From: Alphaproteobacteria bacterium
GTDB taxonomy: Bacteria > Pseudomonadota > Alphaproteobacteria > UBA828
Length of the DNA: 64,000 bases
Direction: 5' to 3'
Assembly (NCBI GenBank): GCA_965214705.1
Contig: OZ243972.1
Location: forward strand, 2,816,001 to 2,880,000
Shown here: in pieces, positions 38,854-48,884 of the stretch
Numbering within the stretch: the stretch's first letter is position 1
Layout of the letters: every line of letters begins with the position of its first letter
Program-made: the position numbers and the translations under genes
Notes under the pieces: generated by a model
What the model was told of the DNA's origin: nothing
What the model saw: the letters and a program-made list of their open reading frames with translations, nothing else
Database searches by the model: none

Positions 38854-40311
38854 TCAGGCGAGTGGGAGCGTGGTGCCGTCGGGGCCGCGCGGGTCGATGG
38901 GCGTGCCGGCCGCGAGAGGAATCGCCTCCTCGATCGCGGCCGCCGCCCGCAGCACCGCTGCCTCGCCGCGCGGTGGGCCGAGGATCTGCAGGCCCACCGG
39001 CAGCCCCGCTTCGGTGAAGCCCACCGGCACCGAGGCGGAAGGACACGCGGTCAGCGTCAGCACGAAGGTGAGGCCCAGCCAATCCACGTAGTTGTCGAAG
39101 CGGTGGCCCTCGATCTCGTCGACCCAACGCGTGTCCACGTCGAAGGGCGGCACGATCACGCAGGGGCAGACCAGCACGTCGTGGCGGGCGAAGAAGCGCA
39201 CGCAGCGCTGGTATATCGCTCCGCGCGCTCGCTCGGCCCGCGCGATCTTGTCGGCGTCGAGCGCGAGTCCCTTCTCGATGTTCCAGACGATCTCGGGCTT
39301 GAGCGCGTCGCGGTGGGTCTCCAGTAGCTCGCCCTTGTCGGCGGCGAAGAGGGCGGCACGCAGCACCTGGAAGATATCGAGGGCGCCGGAGAGGTCGGGG
39401 CACGCCTCTGCGACCTCCATGCCCGCGCCGGCGAGCGTCTCCGCGGCGCCCTTGCAGACGGCGGCCACCTCGCGGTCCACCGGCAGCAGGCCCAGGTCCG
39501 GGCTGTAGGCGATGCGGCCGGGCGGCGGCAGCGATTCCAGCGCGTCGGCGAAGCCCTGCGCCGGGGCTTCGATGGAGAGCGGGTCCTCCGGGTGGGCGCC
39601 GCTCATCGCATCGAGCATGAGCGCGGCATCCCGCGCGTTGCGCGCCATGGGGCCGTCCACCATCAGCCCCTCGAAGGGCAGGCGCTTGGGCCCGTGGGCG
39701 ACGCGGCCCGGACTCGGCCGCATGCCGAAGACGCTGCAGAAGCTCGCGGGGATGCGCAGGCTTCCCCCTAAGTCCGAGCCCGTGGCGAGCCAGACCTGGC
39801 CGGTGGCCAACGCTGTCGACGAGCCGCCGGAGGAGCCGCCGCAGGTCTTGTCGGTGTTCCACGGGTTGCGGGTCTTGCCGAAGACCTCGTTGAAGGTGTT
39901 GGCGCCGGCGCCGAACTCGGGCGTGTTGGACTTGCCGATGACGATGGCGCCGCGCGCCTCCAGGGTCTCGACCGCGATGTCCGAGCGCGGCGGCACGTGG
40001 TCGGCGTAGATCGGCGAGCCCCAGGTGGTGCGCACGCCCTCGACCTCCACCAGGTCCTTGACCGCGATGGGCACACCGCCGAGCCAGCCGCGCGGGCGCT
40101 CGGTGCTGTGATCCTCCGCCATGATCCGCTCGGCGTGGGCCCGCGCCCTGTCGATGCAGAGCGTCGGAATGGCGTTGAGGTGGCCGTCGGTCGCCGCGAT
40201 CCGGTCTGCGCTCGCCTCCACCAGCTCCAGCGGCGAGACCTCGCGCCGCCGGAGCAGGTCGACGACCTCGGCCGCGGTCAGCCGGCAGAGATCGCCGCTG
40301 GCTGCTGCCAT
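38854..40311 (-). CDS. Amidase signature enzyme
   Basis: IAVKDL, GKSNTPEFG, TCGGSSGGS, GSDLGGSLRIPAS. Confidence 0.93.
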   Translation of the reverse strand: MAAASGDLCRLTAAEVVDLLRRREVSPLELVEASADRIAATDGHLNAIPTLCIDRARAHAERIMAEDHSTERPRGWLGGVPIAVKDLVEVEGVRTTWGSPIYADHVPPRSDIAVETLEARGAIVIGKSNTPEFGAGANTFNEVFGKTRNPWNTDKTCGGSSGGSSTALATGQVWLATGSDLGGSLRIPASFCSVFGMRPSPGRVAHGPKRLPFEGLMVDGPMARNARDAALMLDAMSGAHPEDPLSIEAPAQGFADALESLPPPGRIAYSPDLGLLPVDREVAAVCKGAAETLAGAGMEVAEACPDLSGALDIFQVLRAALFAADKGELLETHRDALKPEIVWNIEKGLALDADKIARAERARGAIYQRCVRFFARHDVLVCPCVIVPPFDVDTRWVDEIEGHRFDNYVDWLGLTFVLTLTACPSASVPVGFTEAGLPVGLQILGPPRGEAAVLRAAAAIEEAIPLAAGTPIDPRGPDGTTLPLA

Positions 40312-40325
40312 GCCGCCGTCCCCCT

Positions 40326-41723
40326 TCAGGCCGCAGGCGGCGTGCGGCTGTGCCAGTCGGTGTCCTGCTGGTAGGCGTGGCCGGCCTGCAGCAGCCGCTC
40401 CTCGCTGAGCTGCGGCCCCACGATCTGAAAACCGAGAGGCAAGCCGTCCTCGTCGAAGCCGCCGGGCAGGCACATCGCGGGCGTCCGTGCCATGTCGTGG
40501 GGGGCGGTGAACGAGATCAGCCGTTCGACCGAGCCTTCCTCGGCGCCCAACGTGTCCATGAAGGCGTTGGTGGGCGTCGGGTAGGGTTGCGAGGGAATGA
40601 TGATCGCGTCGACATCGGCGAAGACGGCATTGAGCGCGCCGACGAACTTGTCCCGCTCGATCACGATGCGCGCGTGGTCGACGCCGCTCAGCGCGAGCCC
40701 CACTTCGATCAGGCTGCTCAGCACCGGCCCGTAGTCGGCCTTGCGCTCGGCGTAGTAGGGCTCGTGCGCGATGGCCGTGTCCGCGCCGCAGAAATCGTTC
40801 CAGCGGTCGACCATGACCGTCGCATCGGGGAAGGCGATGGGCCGGATGTCGGCGCCGCGCCCGCGCAGCACGTCCGCCGCCTGCATGACCATGGCGGTCA
40901 CACGCGAATCCACCCCCTCCGAGCAATAAGCCTCGTCGAGGCCGATGCGCATGCCCTCGATGCCGGCGTCGATGCTGCCGAGGTAGTCCGGCACCGGCGC
41001 CTGCACGGTGGTCGGGTCGTCGGGGTCGACGCCGGCAATGACGCCGAGGATGGCGGCGCAGTCGGCCGCCGAGCGCGCCATCGGCCCGATGTGGTCGAGG
41101 GTCTCGGAGAGCGCGAAGGCGCCCGCCCGGCTCACCCGCCCCCAGGTGGGCTTGAGCCCGGTCACGCCGCAGGCTTGCGAGGGGAAGCGGATCGACCCGC
41201 CCGTATCCGTCCCCAGCGAGCCGTAGCAGAGCCGGGCCGTGGTGGCGACGCCGGAACCGCTCGACGAGACGCCGGTCCAGTAGTCAGGATGCCACGGGTT
41301 GACCGGCGGCGCGATGGTGGGGTGGTGCACCGCGTAGGCGCCCTCGGTCATCTGCAGCTTGCCGGCGAAGACCGTGCCGGCGTCACGCAGCCGCGCCACC
41401 ACGGTGCCGTCCACGCCGGGGCTCCAGTCGCGCAGCGCGACCGAGCCGACATGGGTCGGCGCATCCTTGGTCAGGCACAGGTCCTTGAGGCCGAAGGGAA
41501 CGCCGTGCAGCGGGCCCTTGACCGTGCCGCCCGCGATCTCCTGGTCCGCTTGCGCGGCCTGTTCGGTCGCGACATCGGCCATCACGGTGGCGTAGCTGCG
41601 GAGCGTGCCGTCCAGCCGCTCGATCCGCTCGAGCGTGTGTGCCGTCACCTCGGCAGCGGACACCTCCCGCGACTGAATTTTCGCCGCGACCTCGGTCAGC
41701 ATCAGCTCGTGCAGATCAGACAT
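40326..41723 (-). CDS. Amidase signature enzyme
   Basis: FGLKDL, WTGVSSSGSG, GTDTGGSIRFPS. Confidence 0.93.
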   Translation of the reverse strand: MSDLHELMLTEVAAKIQSREVSAAEVTAHTLERIERLDGTLRSYATVMADVATEQAAQADQEIAGGTVKGPLHGVPFGLKDLCLTKDAPTHVGSVALRDWSPGVDGTVVARLRDAGTVFAGKLQMTEGAYAVHHPTIAPPVNPWHPDYWTGVSSSGSGVATTARLCYGSLGTDTGGSIRFPSQACGVTGLKPTWGRVSRAGAFALSETLDHIGPMARSAADCAAILGVIAGVDPDDPTTVQAPVPDYLGSIDAGIEGMRIGLDEAYCSEGVDSRVTAMVMQAADVLRGRGADIRPIAFPDATVMVDRWNDFCGADTAIAHEPYYAERKADYGPVLSSLIEVGLALSGVDHARIVIERDKFVGALNAVFADVDAIIIPSQPYPTPTNAFMDTLGAEEGSVERLISFTAPHDMARTPAMCLPGGFDEDGLPLGFQIVGPQLSEERLLQAGHAYQQDTDWHSRTPPAA

Positions 41724-41869
41724 CCGAATCTCCCCTCTCCATGGTGGCGGCCGATTGAACGCCAAAGCCGCCGGCCACGCAAAGCCAATCTCTGCTTGCT
41801 GCGCGTGGCCGCAACGCTTAGCGATGACGCCGACACGCCTTGTCGTGCTGGTGGCATAATGGCGCAGCA

Positions 41870-42130
41870 ATGATGGTACGCACTCGGATCGCGCTGGACC
41901 CGGAACGGCATGCTCAGGCTCGTGCGCGTGCGGCCGCGCTCGGAATTTCGTTGGCCGAATATGTGCGCCGCCTCGTAGACCGTGACCTTGCCGAGCGGCC
42001 GAGCGGCGCCGATCGCTCCGTCGTCTTCGATCTCGGCCAGTCACGAGGCACCGATATCGCTTCGGAGAAGGCGCAGATGATCGGCGAGGCAACGGGAGCC
42101 GGAAAGCGCCGCCAAGCCGATACGCCGTGA
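41870..42130 (+). CDS. RHH antitoxin-like protein
   Basis: MVRTRIAL..ARAAALGISLAEYVRRLVDRDL; overlaps a GTG-STFVD stub resembling a PIN toxin start. Confidence 0.6.
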   Translation: MMVRTRIALDPERHAQARARAAALGISLAEYVRRLVDRDLAERPSGADRSVVFDLGQSRGTDIASEKAQMIGEATGAGKRRQADTP

Positions 42131-42255
42131 GCACTTTTGTCGACGGCGCCGCCATGCACGCAAAGCGAATCTCCTCTGCGCGTGGTGCGATTGCCCGGCC
42201 GGGCGGGCCATGATATCGACTGCGGCCCAAGTGCCGTGCGAGGGCGGGGGACATC

Positions 42256-42648
42256 ATGGCGGAGCGCTTCACAATGACCATCGACGGCCGCACGGTCGTT
42301 GCCGAACTGCTGGGTGGCAAGGCGCCCAACGTCGTCAAGGCGTTCACGGAAAGCCTGCCCTGCGACAGCTTCTCCGTGCACGCCAAGTTCGCGGGCGACG
42401 AGCTGATCGTGATGCTCCCGTTCTACTGCAACTCCGAGAACGAGATTCTCAACGTCAAGCCCGGCGACATCGGCTTTTATCCGGGGCGCCAGACCGCCTG
42501 CATTTTCTACGGCGACACCAAGCCGTTCGGAAAGGTCAGCGTGTTCGCGAAGATCGTGGAGGGCCTGGAGCACCTGAAGCCGGCGGGCAAGAAGATCCTC
42601 GCCAAGGGTCCGCTGCCGGTCCGGCTCGAACTCGTCGAGGGAGCGTAG
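42256..42648 (+). CDS. DUF3830 / cyclophilin-like fold protein (resembles the McbB/cucumopine synthase N-domain)
   Basis: VAELLGGKAPNVVKAF..LP..HAKFAGDEL, PGDIGFYP, IFYG. Confidence 0.75.
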   Translation: MAERFTMTIDGRTVVAELLGGKAPNVVKAFTESLPCDSFSVHAKFAGDELIVMLPFYCNSENEILNVKPGDIGFYPGRQTACIFYGDTKPFGKVSVFAKIVEGLEHLKPAGKKILAKGPLPVRLELVEGA

Positions 42649-42652
42649 CGCC

Positions 42653-43132
42653 ATGGCAGCAACCGAGACGACCGCGATCGTCGACCGGCTGGAGCGCTTC
42701 GGCCGGCGCAACTGGAAATCCGAGCCCGGTGACGTCACCCGGCTGCGCGCGCACAGCCTGCCCCCCATGGGCAACATGCCGCCCGTGCTCTACGCCAACT
42801 TCAACACCTTCTGGATGGGCGAGAACATCCAGGTCGTCCGTCAACTGGCGCTCGACAAGGCGTTGCCGCCGGCGGCGCTCAACGCCATGGCGGCGGCGCT
42901 GCTCAACCGCCACGCCGGGCGGCTGGCCAAGTGGAAGCTCACCGGCACGGTCAGGCTCGTGCGCGAGCTCGCCGCCTATTTCGAGGCGGGCGGCGCCAAG
43001 AGCCACGACGACGTGGTGCAGGTCTGCGAGGCGGCGATGGTCGCCTTCGACCGCATCAACGCCTGGATCGACGCGATGATCCCCTGGGCGCACCTCGACA
43101 AGAAGGTCAAGCTCCTGCCGGCGGCCGGTTGA
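42653..43132 (+). CDS. Helical-bundle protein resembling the cucumopine synthase/McbB C-terminal domain
   Basis: RRNWKSEPGDV and C-terminal DRINAWIDAMIPWAH match recalled McbB-type W..PP.EI and LNxWxxxxFPWxH patterns. Confidence 0.6.
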   Translation: MAATETTAIVDRLERFGRRNWKSEPGDVTRLRAHSLPPMGNMPPVLYANFNTFWMGENIQVVRQLALDKALPPAALNAMAAALLNRHAGRLAKWKLTGTVRLVRELAAYFEAGGAKSHDDVVQVCEAAMVAFDRINAWIDAMIPWAHLDKKVKLLPAAG

Positions 43133-43156
43133 CGGCGCCGCAGGCGAGCAAAACCC

Positions 43157-44062
43157 ATGTGCGGCCTCGGCGGCGTCTTCTTCAAGACCACGGAGCACCA
43201 TCGCCGGACCGGCGAGATCGCCTATCGCGTGCTGGACGGCATCTTCCGGCGCGGGCCGGATTCGACCGGGCTCGCCCTGGTCCAGCCGGCCATCGAGGAT
43301 CGCCTCTACGTCGGTATCAACTGCGAGGAGCCCGGCGGCGGTGGGCGGGCGCTCGCGCTGCTCGACGAGCTCGGCCGGGTCGAGCGCGCGACCGACGGCG
43401 AGGGCTTCATAAGGACCGCGATCCGCTACAGCGGCGACGATGAAGCGCTGGTGGACGCGGTCGATGCGTTGGGGCCCGCCTACACCGTCGCCAGCATCGG
43501 CCGCCACATCGAAGTGGTGAAGCACCTGGGGGGCGTCGAAACCCTCGAGGAGAATTTTGCGATCACGAATTACGACGGGCCGCTCGCCATGGGGCTCACC
43601 CGCTTCGCCACCGAGAGCATCATCGACTTCACCCACGGGCAGCCGCTGTCCGCCAGGCTGCACCGCGATCTCGCCATCATGCACAACGGCCACATCACGA
43701 ACTTCCACCATCTGCGCTATCACTTCGAGCGCGCGGGCTACACCTTCACCACCGGCAACGATTCCGAGGTGATCGCCGTCGCCATCGTCGATGAGATGGG
43801 GAAGGGCGCGAGCTTCCACGAGGCGCTGGAGCGCTCGGTGACGATCCTCGACGGCTGTTTCACCTACATCGCCGTCACCGCGGACGAGGTGGGCGTGGTC
43901 AAGGACCCCTACGCGGCCAAGCCGCTGGTGGTGGGCGAGACCGACCGGCTGGTGGCGGTCTCGTCCGATTGTTGGGCGCTACGCGACGGCATCGACGAGG
44001 ATATCGAGGTCTGGGAGCCTGGGGCCGGCGAGGTGGTGACGTGGCGAATTCCGCTGCACTGA
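43157..44062 (+). CDS. Class II glutamine amidotransferase-like protein (GlxB/MgsA-like)
   Basis: N-terminal MCG, RGPDSTG, TRFATES, MHNGHITN, TGNDSEV, LDGCFT. Confidence 0.88.
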   Translation: MCGLGGVFFKTTEHHRRTGEIAYRVLDGIFRRGPDSTGLALVQPAIEDRLYVGINCEEPGGGGRALALLDELGRVERATDGEGFIRTAIRYSGDDEALVDAVDALGPAYTVASIGRHIEVVKHLGGVETLEENFAITNYDGPLAMGLTRFATESIIDFTHGQPLSARLHRDLAIMHNGHITNFHHLRYHFERAGYTFTTGNDSEVIAVAIVDEMGKGASFHEALERSVTILDGCFTYIAVTADEVGVVKDPYAAKPLVVGETDRLVAVSSDCWALRDGIDEDIEVWEPGAGEVVTWRIPLH

Positions 44063-44745
44063 CCATCGACTGCGCCGGCCGGCCGACGCGCGCGATCAAC
44101 GAGGAGATTCGCCGCGCGGCGGACGACGGCGTGCCCCAGGTCGAACTGCTCAACCCGCAGGCGCGGCACAATCTCGGCGTCTCGGTCCTCAAGCCCATCC
44201 ACGTCGTCTACCGCGGCCACGTGGGCTCGTTTACCGCCGGGCTCTGCGACGGCATTACCGCGGAAGTCCACGGCACCTGCGGCTGGGGCGTGGCCGACAA
44301 CCTGATGAGCGGCGAGGTGGTCGTGCACGGCAACGCCGCCACCTCGGCGGCGCCCTCGATCCGCGGCGGGCGCGTCGTGGTGCGCGGCGATTCGGGGCCG
44401 CGCTCGGGCATGATCCTGAAGAAGGGCGAGCTCATCGTCGGCGGCAACACCGGCTACATGTCCGGCTTCATGATGCAGAACGGCCGCATGATCGTCTGCG
44501 GCGACGCCGACACCGGCCTCGGCGATTCCATGTATCAGGGCGTGATCTTCCTCGGCGGCAAGGCCAAGGAGCTGGGCTCCGGGCTGGAAGAGGTCGATGC
44601 CGAGAACGGCGAGCTCGACGATGTGGCGGCGCTGCTCGACCGCTTCGAGATCAAGGCGCCCCCAAAATTCCGCAAGCTGCAGTCGGACCGCAAGCTGTGG
44701 CACTTCAACAAGCATGACTTCGCGGCGTGGAAGGACGTGCTATGA
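44041..44745 (+). CDS. GXGXG-domain protein (GlxC/MgsB-like)
   Basis: NPQARHNLGV, GWGVADNLMSG, GLGDSMYQG, RKLWHF. Confidence 0.88.
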   Translation: MANSAALTIDCAGRPTRAINEEIRRAADDGVPQVELLNPQARHNLGVSVLKPIHVVYRGHVGSFTAGLCDGITAEVHGTCGWGVADNLMSGEVVVHGNAATSAAPSIRGGRVVVRGDSGPRSGMILKKGELIVGGNTGYMSGFMMQNGRMIVCGDADTGLGDSMYQGVIFLGGKAKELGSGLEEVDAENGELDDVAALLDRFEIKAPPKFRKLQSDRKLWHFNKHDFAAWKDVL

Positions 44746-46154
44746 GCGAGACCCCCGGCACACCGCCTCCGGCCCATGCGGGCGATTCCTCGGTCGAGGT
44801 TCTGGACGAGGCGGCACCGGCGCCCAACGGCGCCTATCCGCGGCCCGACAGCTTCAGCGGCGTCTGGCCGCCCGAGGTGATCGAGGAGATTCAGGAGAAG
44901 GCCGCGCTCGGCCGCTACCAGATCAGGGGCCAGGCGACCAAGCGGCGCGGCCTGCCCTCCTTCGACGATCTCGTGTTCGTGCCCGCCGGGCTCTCGCGCA
45001 TGCCGCTGGAAGGCTACCGGGAGAAGTGCGACACGCGCGTGGTGATCGGCGAGGGCAACTGCGAGAACCCGCTGGTGCTGGAGCGCCCGATCATGATCGC
45101 GGGCATGAGCTTCGGCGCGCTCTCGGTCCACGCCAAGCGGGCGCTCGGCACGGCGGCGAGCCGCTGCGGCATCTCCACCTGCACCGGCGAGGGCGGCATG
45201 CACCATGAGGAGCGCCGCTACTCCGACAAGCTGGTGATGCAGTACCTGCCGAGCCGCTACGGCATGAACCCCTACGACCTCAAGAAGGCCGACATGATCG
45301 AGATCGGCGCCGGGCAAGGCGCGAAGCCCGGCACCGGCGGCGTGCTGCTCGGGCTCAAGATGTCGGACGAGGTGGCGGAGATGCGCGACCTGCCCGAGGG
45401 CGTGGACCAGCGCAGCCCCTGCCGCCATCCCGACTGGATGGGCGCCGACGATCTCTACATGAAGCTGGAGGAGATCCGCGAGGTCACCGAGTACAAGGTG
45501 CCGATCTCGATCAAGGTCGGCGCCGCCAGGATCGCCAACGACGTCCGCATCGCGGCCAAGGCAGGCGTCGATGCCATCGTCTTCGACGGCATGGAGGGCG
45601 GCACCGCGGCCTCGCCCACGATCCAGCTCGACCACGCCGGCATTCCCACCGTCGCAGCCATCGCCGAAGCCTCCGAGGCGCTCGCCGAGATGGGCAAGAA
45701 GGACTCCATGAAGCTCATCGTCGGCGGCGGCATCCGCAACGGCGCGGACGCGGCGAAGTGCATCGCCCTCGGCGCCGACGTGGTCTACCTCGGCACCGCG
45801 CCGATCATCGCCATGGGCTGCCACAAGCCGATCTACCTGGAGGACTACGCCCGCCTCGGCACCTCGCCCTACGAGTGCCAGCACTGCCACACCGGTCTCT
45901 GCCCGGTCGGCATCACCACCCAGCTGCCCAAGCTGATGGAGCGCCTCGACGTGGACGAGGCGGCCGACAGCGTGACCAACTACCTCAACGCGCTCACCAT
46001 GGAGATCCAGCTCTTCGCCCGCGCCTGCGGCAAGAACCGGGTGAGCGATCTCGACCCCAACGACCTCCGCGCGCTGACCTACGACGTCTCGCTCATGACC
46101 GGCGTGGACATGGTTGGCCTCGGCGGCCGCACCCCCTGGTGGAAGAAGTTCTAA
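44742..46154 (+). CDS. FMN-binding glutamate-synthase-family protein (GlxD/MgsC-like)
   Basis: AGMSFGALS, TGEGG, GQGAKPGTGG, RHPDW, DGMEGGT, CQHCHTGLCPVGITTQ. Confidence 0.92.
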   Translation: MSETPGTPPPAHAGDSSVEVLDEAAPAPNGAYPRPDSFSGVWPPEVIEEIQEKAALGRYQIRGQATKRRGLPSFDDLVFVPAGLSRMPLEGYREKCDTRVVIGEGNCENPLVLERPIMIAGMSFGALSVHAKRALGTAASRCGISTCTGEGGMHHEERRYSDKLVMQYLPSRYGMNPYDLKKADMIEIGAGQGAKPGTGGVLLGLKMSDEVAEMRDLPEGVDQRSPCRHPDWMGADDLYMKLEEIREVTEYKVPISIKVGAARIANDVRIAAKAGVDAIVFDGMEGGTAASPTIQLDHAGIPTVAAIAEASEALAEMGKKDSMKLIVGGGIRNGADAAKCIALGADVVYLGTAPIIAMGCHKPIYLEDYARLGTSPYECQHCHTGLCPVGITTQLPKLMERLDVDEAADSVTNYLNALTMEIQLFARACGKNRVSDLDPNDLRALTYDVSLMTGVDMVGLGGRTPWWKKF

Positions 46155-46286
46155 GCGCCCCGATTAGGGCAAGCATCCCGCGAAAGTTCGTATGAAGTTG
46201 GCTTGGCGGGTCTATCCACCGACCCGACCATTCCCCCAACGCGACTATAAGGTTGATACACGAAGGCGTGTTGGCATTATTGGGGG

Positions 46287-46778
46287 ATGCGAAAGCATCT
46301 TCTCACTGCTTTTGGTATTGCCGTCGACGGACTCATCGCCGCGCTTTTCGGCTTGGAGGCGTTTGCAGTAGCAACAGCTGTGCTGGGCTTGGTATGCGCG
46401 TACGCATATCGGATCGAACTGCAGTCGACCTTTCGGTTTGTCCTGGGCAAATCGGGTCCGCCATGGGACGGCAAACATACCGCGCTCCAAAACCCGGGCG
46501 GCGGGATTCATATCGCGAAACTTCTCTCCAAAACAAAATGTCGCTCGGAGGCAGAAGATATTTTGGATATTTTCATCGACGCCCCGATCAAAGTAAACGA
46601 AGGGGCGGTCTATGCGGCATACGCGGCTGCGCTGGTTCGTTTCGGCGACCTTGTGAATGCGGGAGGAGTGTTAATCGCGGCGGATCGCAAAGAGGGTATG
46701 TCGAAAGAGGAACTCGATGCTTTCATGGATCGCTTCTACTACCCGAAGGAGCGGGGCGAGGAAGAACAAGATGTTTGA
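46287..46778 (+). CDS. Hypothetical membrane-anchored protein, AT-richer than its neighbours
   Basis: 163-aa ORF with a hydrophobic N-terminus; no recognised family. Confidence 0.5.
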   Translation: MRKHLLTAFGIAVDGLIAALFGLEAFAVATAVLGLVCAYAYRIELQSTFRFVLGKSGPPWDGKHTALQNPGGGIHIAKLLSKTKCRSEAEDILDIFIDAPIKVNEGAVYAAYAAALVRFGDLVNAGGVLIAADRKEGMSKEELDAFMDRFYYPKERGEEEQDV

Positions 46779-46841
46779 TTTGACGGAAGCAGAGGCATAG
46801 AGGCAGCCCGTGTGTAACTTTATGTTCGCGTTCCCTAATCT

Positions 46842-46934
46842 CGTCATGCCCGGACTTGATCCGGGCATCCGGGCATCCATATCGACCGGGTGCTGCGTCG
46901 CGACGTGGATGGCCGGGTCAAGCCCGGCCATGAC
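46842..46934. repeat. REP-like palindromic element
   Basis: Same arms as 38672, with an internal CCGGGCAT duplication. Confidence 0.85.
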
Positions 46935-47035
46935 AAGAAGGGGGCGAGAGTCGCTGCGCACCGCACAACGGTTGGCGTAGCCATGCGGTCTAATGTACTG
47001 AGTTCGCGTTCTTTTCTCTGCGCCGCTCCCCCTCT

Positions 47036-47130
47036 CGTCATGCCCGGACTTGATCCGGGCATCCATCTCTTTCAAGGGGTCCGTCGGAGTGTTGTGTGAA
47101 CACGTGGATGGCCGCAACACGGCCATGACG
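47036..47130. repeat. REP-like palindromic element (degenerate right arm)
   Basis: CGTCATGCCCGGACTTGATCCGGGCATCC...GGATGGCCG..CGGCCATGACG. Confidence 0.8.
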
Positions 47131-47189
47131 AGTGGAGGGTGCGGCGCAGACAGATTGAAACGTCTCGATCAGGACGCTGGGCAACCCGT

Positions 47190-48190
47190 TCAGGGTACGG
47201 CCAGGGGATCGAGCCAGGCGGCGAAACTCTCGCGGATTGCCGCGTCGTCGGCGCCGGCCATCAGCAGCAACGTGAGCAGCAGGCGGGCCTTGAGCCCGTC
47301 GAGCCAGCCGGCGCCGATCAGCCCGCGCGCCAGCAGGTCGATCTCCGAGCCCTTGAAGTCGTAGGTCTGGCGCAGCATCTCGCCCGCCCCGGTGCGGGAC
47401 GCCATGACCACCGGCACGCGCGCGGCCGCTTCGGCGAGCCTGTCGGCGACCCAGGCTGCGGCATGGCCGCCGCCGGTGCACTCCATCACGATCCCCCGGT
47501 AGCCCGCCTCCAGCGCCCGATCGATCAATCGGCCATCGTCGCCGAGCGTCACGGTGAGTAGCGCCACTGGCGCGACCTCGGCGTCGCGCGCCACCGCGAT
47601 GGTGCGGCGCGGGCCCGGCCGGCCGGCCAACCGCACCGCGCCCTCCGCGAACCAGCCGAGCGCCCCGGCCGGCATCGAGCGAAAGGCGGCGGGGTTCGAG
47701 GTGACGCCCTTCTGCACGTAGCGCGCGGCGTGGATCTCGTCGTTCATCGCCACCATCACGCCGAGGCCGCGCGCGGGCTCGTGCACGGCGAGGCGCACGC
47801 TGTTCAGCAGGTTCGCCGGCCCGTCCGGCCCGGCGAGCGTCGGGTTGCGCATCGCGCCGGTCAGCACCACCGGGGCATCCAGCGCCAGGATGCGGTCGAG
47901 CACGAAGGCCGATTCCTCCATCGTGTCGGTGCCGTGCGTGACCACCACGCCGTCCGCGCCGTCGGCCACCGCCTGCTCGATGGCGTCCGCCAGCGCGAAC
48001 AGGTCGGGGATCGTGACCTCCGGGCTCGCAGCAGGCGGAAGGTCTCGGCCTCGATGGACGCGACCTCGGCAAGCTGCGGCACCGCCTCCACCAGCGCGTC
48101 CGCACCCAGGGAGGGTTTGACGCCGTGTTCCCCACGCTCGGCCATGGCGATGGTCCCGCCCATGGCGAAGATCGAGACCTTCGGCAACAT
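47190..48190 (-). pseudogene. L-asparaginase, single frameshift near 48030 (may be a sequencing error)
   Basis: AMGGTIA in one frame; VVTHGTDTMEE and VLTGAMR in another. Confidence 0.85.
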
Positions 48191-48200
48191 GACGCGCGCC

Positions 48201-48776
48201 TCAGCCGCGCAACCAGGTCTCGGACCAGGCCAGGCAGCAGGAGCTCGCCGGGCGCCCGAACATGACATTCTCGTAAGCCCCGCCCTGGGCCCGCGTTCCC
48301 GCGACATCCAGCGTCGCGGTCCTGCACGGCACGAGGCAGCTGTAGACCGCCCACGGCCCGGTGTCGTCGTTGTCCGGCGGCAACGTCAGCATGAAGGGCT
48401 CGCCCATGTCGGACCAGCTCAGCTCGATGCGGCCATCGGCCGAGTCGACGATTTCGCGATAGGTGGAGCGGAAGGCGCCCTCGCGCGAGAACGCCGCCTC
48501 GGCGATCGGCATGGCGGTGTCGGCGAAGGGCGGGTTCAGGATCGACTCCAGCTCGCCCTGAAGCCACCGCGCCATGCCGACATTGTCCGCATAGAGCCTG
48601 ACCTCGCCGCCGGTCGCGTCGGAGCGGAGGAAGAGGCAGGTGCCGGGGCCGGCCGGCGAGATCAGCGTGCGCCAATGGGCGCAGACGGTGGTCTCTGGCC
48701 CGTCGGCCTCGGTCTTGAGCCGCAGGAACGAGTTCTCTCCGGTGAAGTGCACCGTGTTCGGATCGATAGCTGGCAT
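48201..48776 (-). CDS. Hypothetical protein
   Basis: 191-aa ORF with GGGAG RBS, typical codon usage, operonic with asparaginase. Confidence 0.7.
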   Translation of the reverse strand: MPAIDPNTVHFTGENSFLRLKTEADGPETTVCAHWRTLISPAGPGTCLFLRSDATGGEVRLYADNVGMARWLQGELESILNPPFADTAMPIAEAAFSREGAFRSTYREIVDSADGRIELSWSDMGEPFMLTLPPDNDDTGPWAVYSCLVPCRTATLDVAGTRAQGGAYENVMFGRPASSCCLAWSETWLRG

Positions 48777-48884
48777 TGCGGTCTTCTCCCTTGATGAGTT
48801 TCCCAGAGCTTAACCCGCATGTCTCACCACAGGCCATGACCGTCGTTAGAAATGCGGGCCGGGACCGGCTATTCTGACCGGGTG

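Noticed and set aside
47990-48050. Programmed frameshift in asparaginase (and in HU at ~27950)
   Set aside because: No slippery sequence; single-base loss is better explained by mutation or sequencing error
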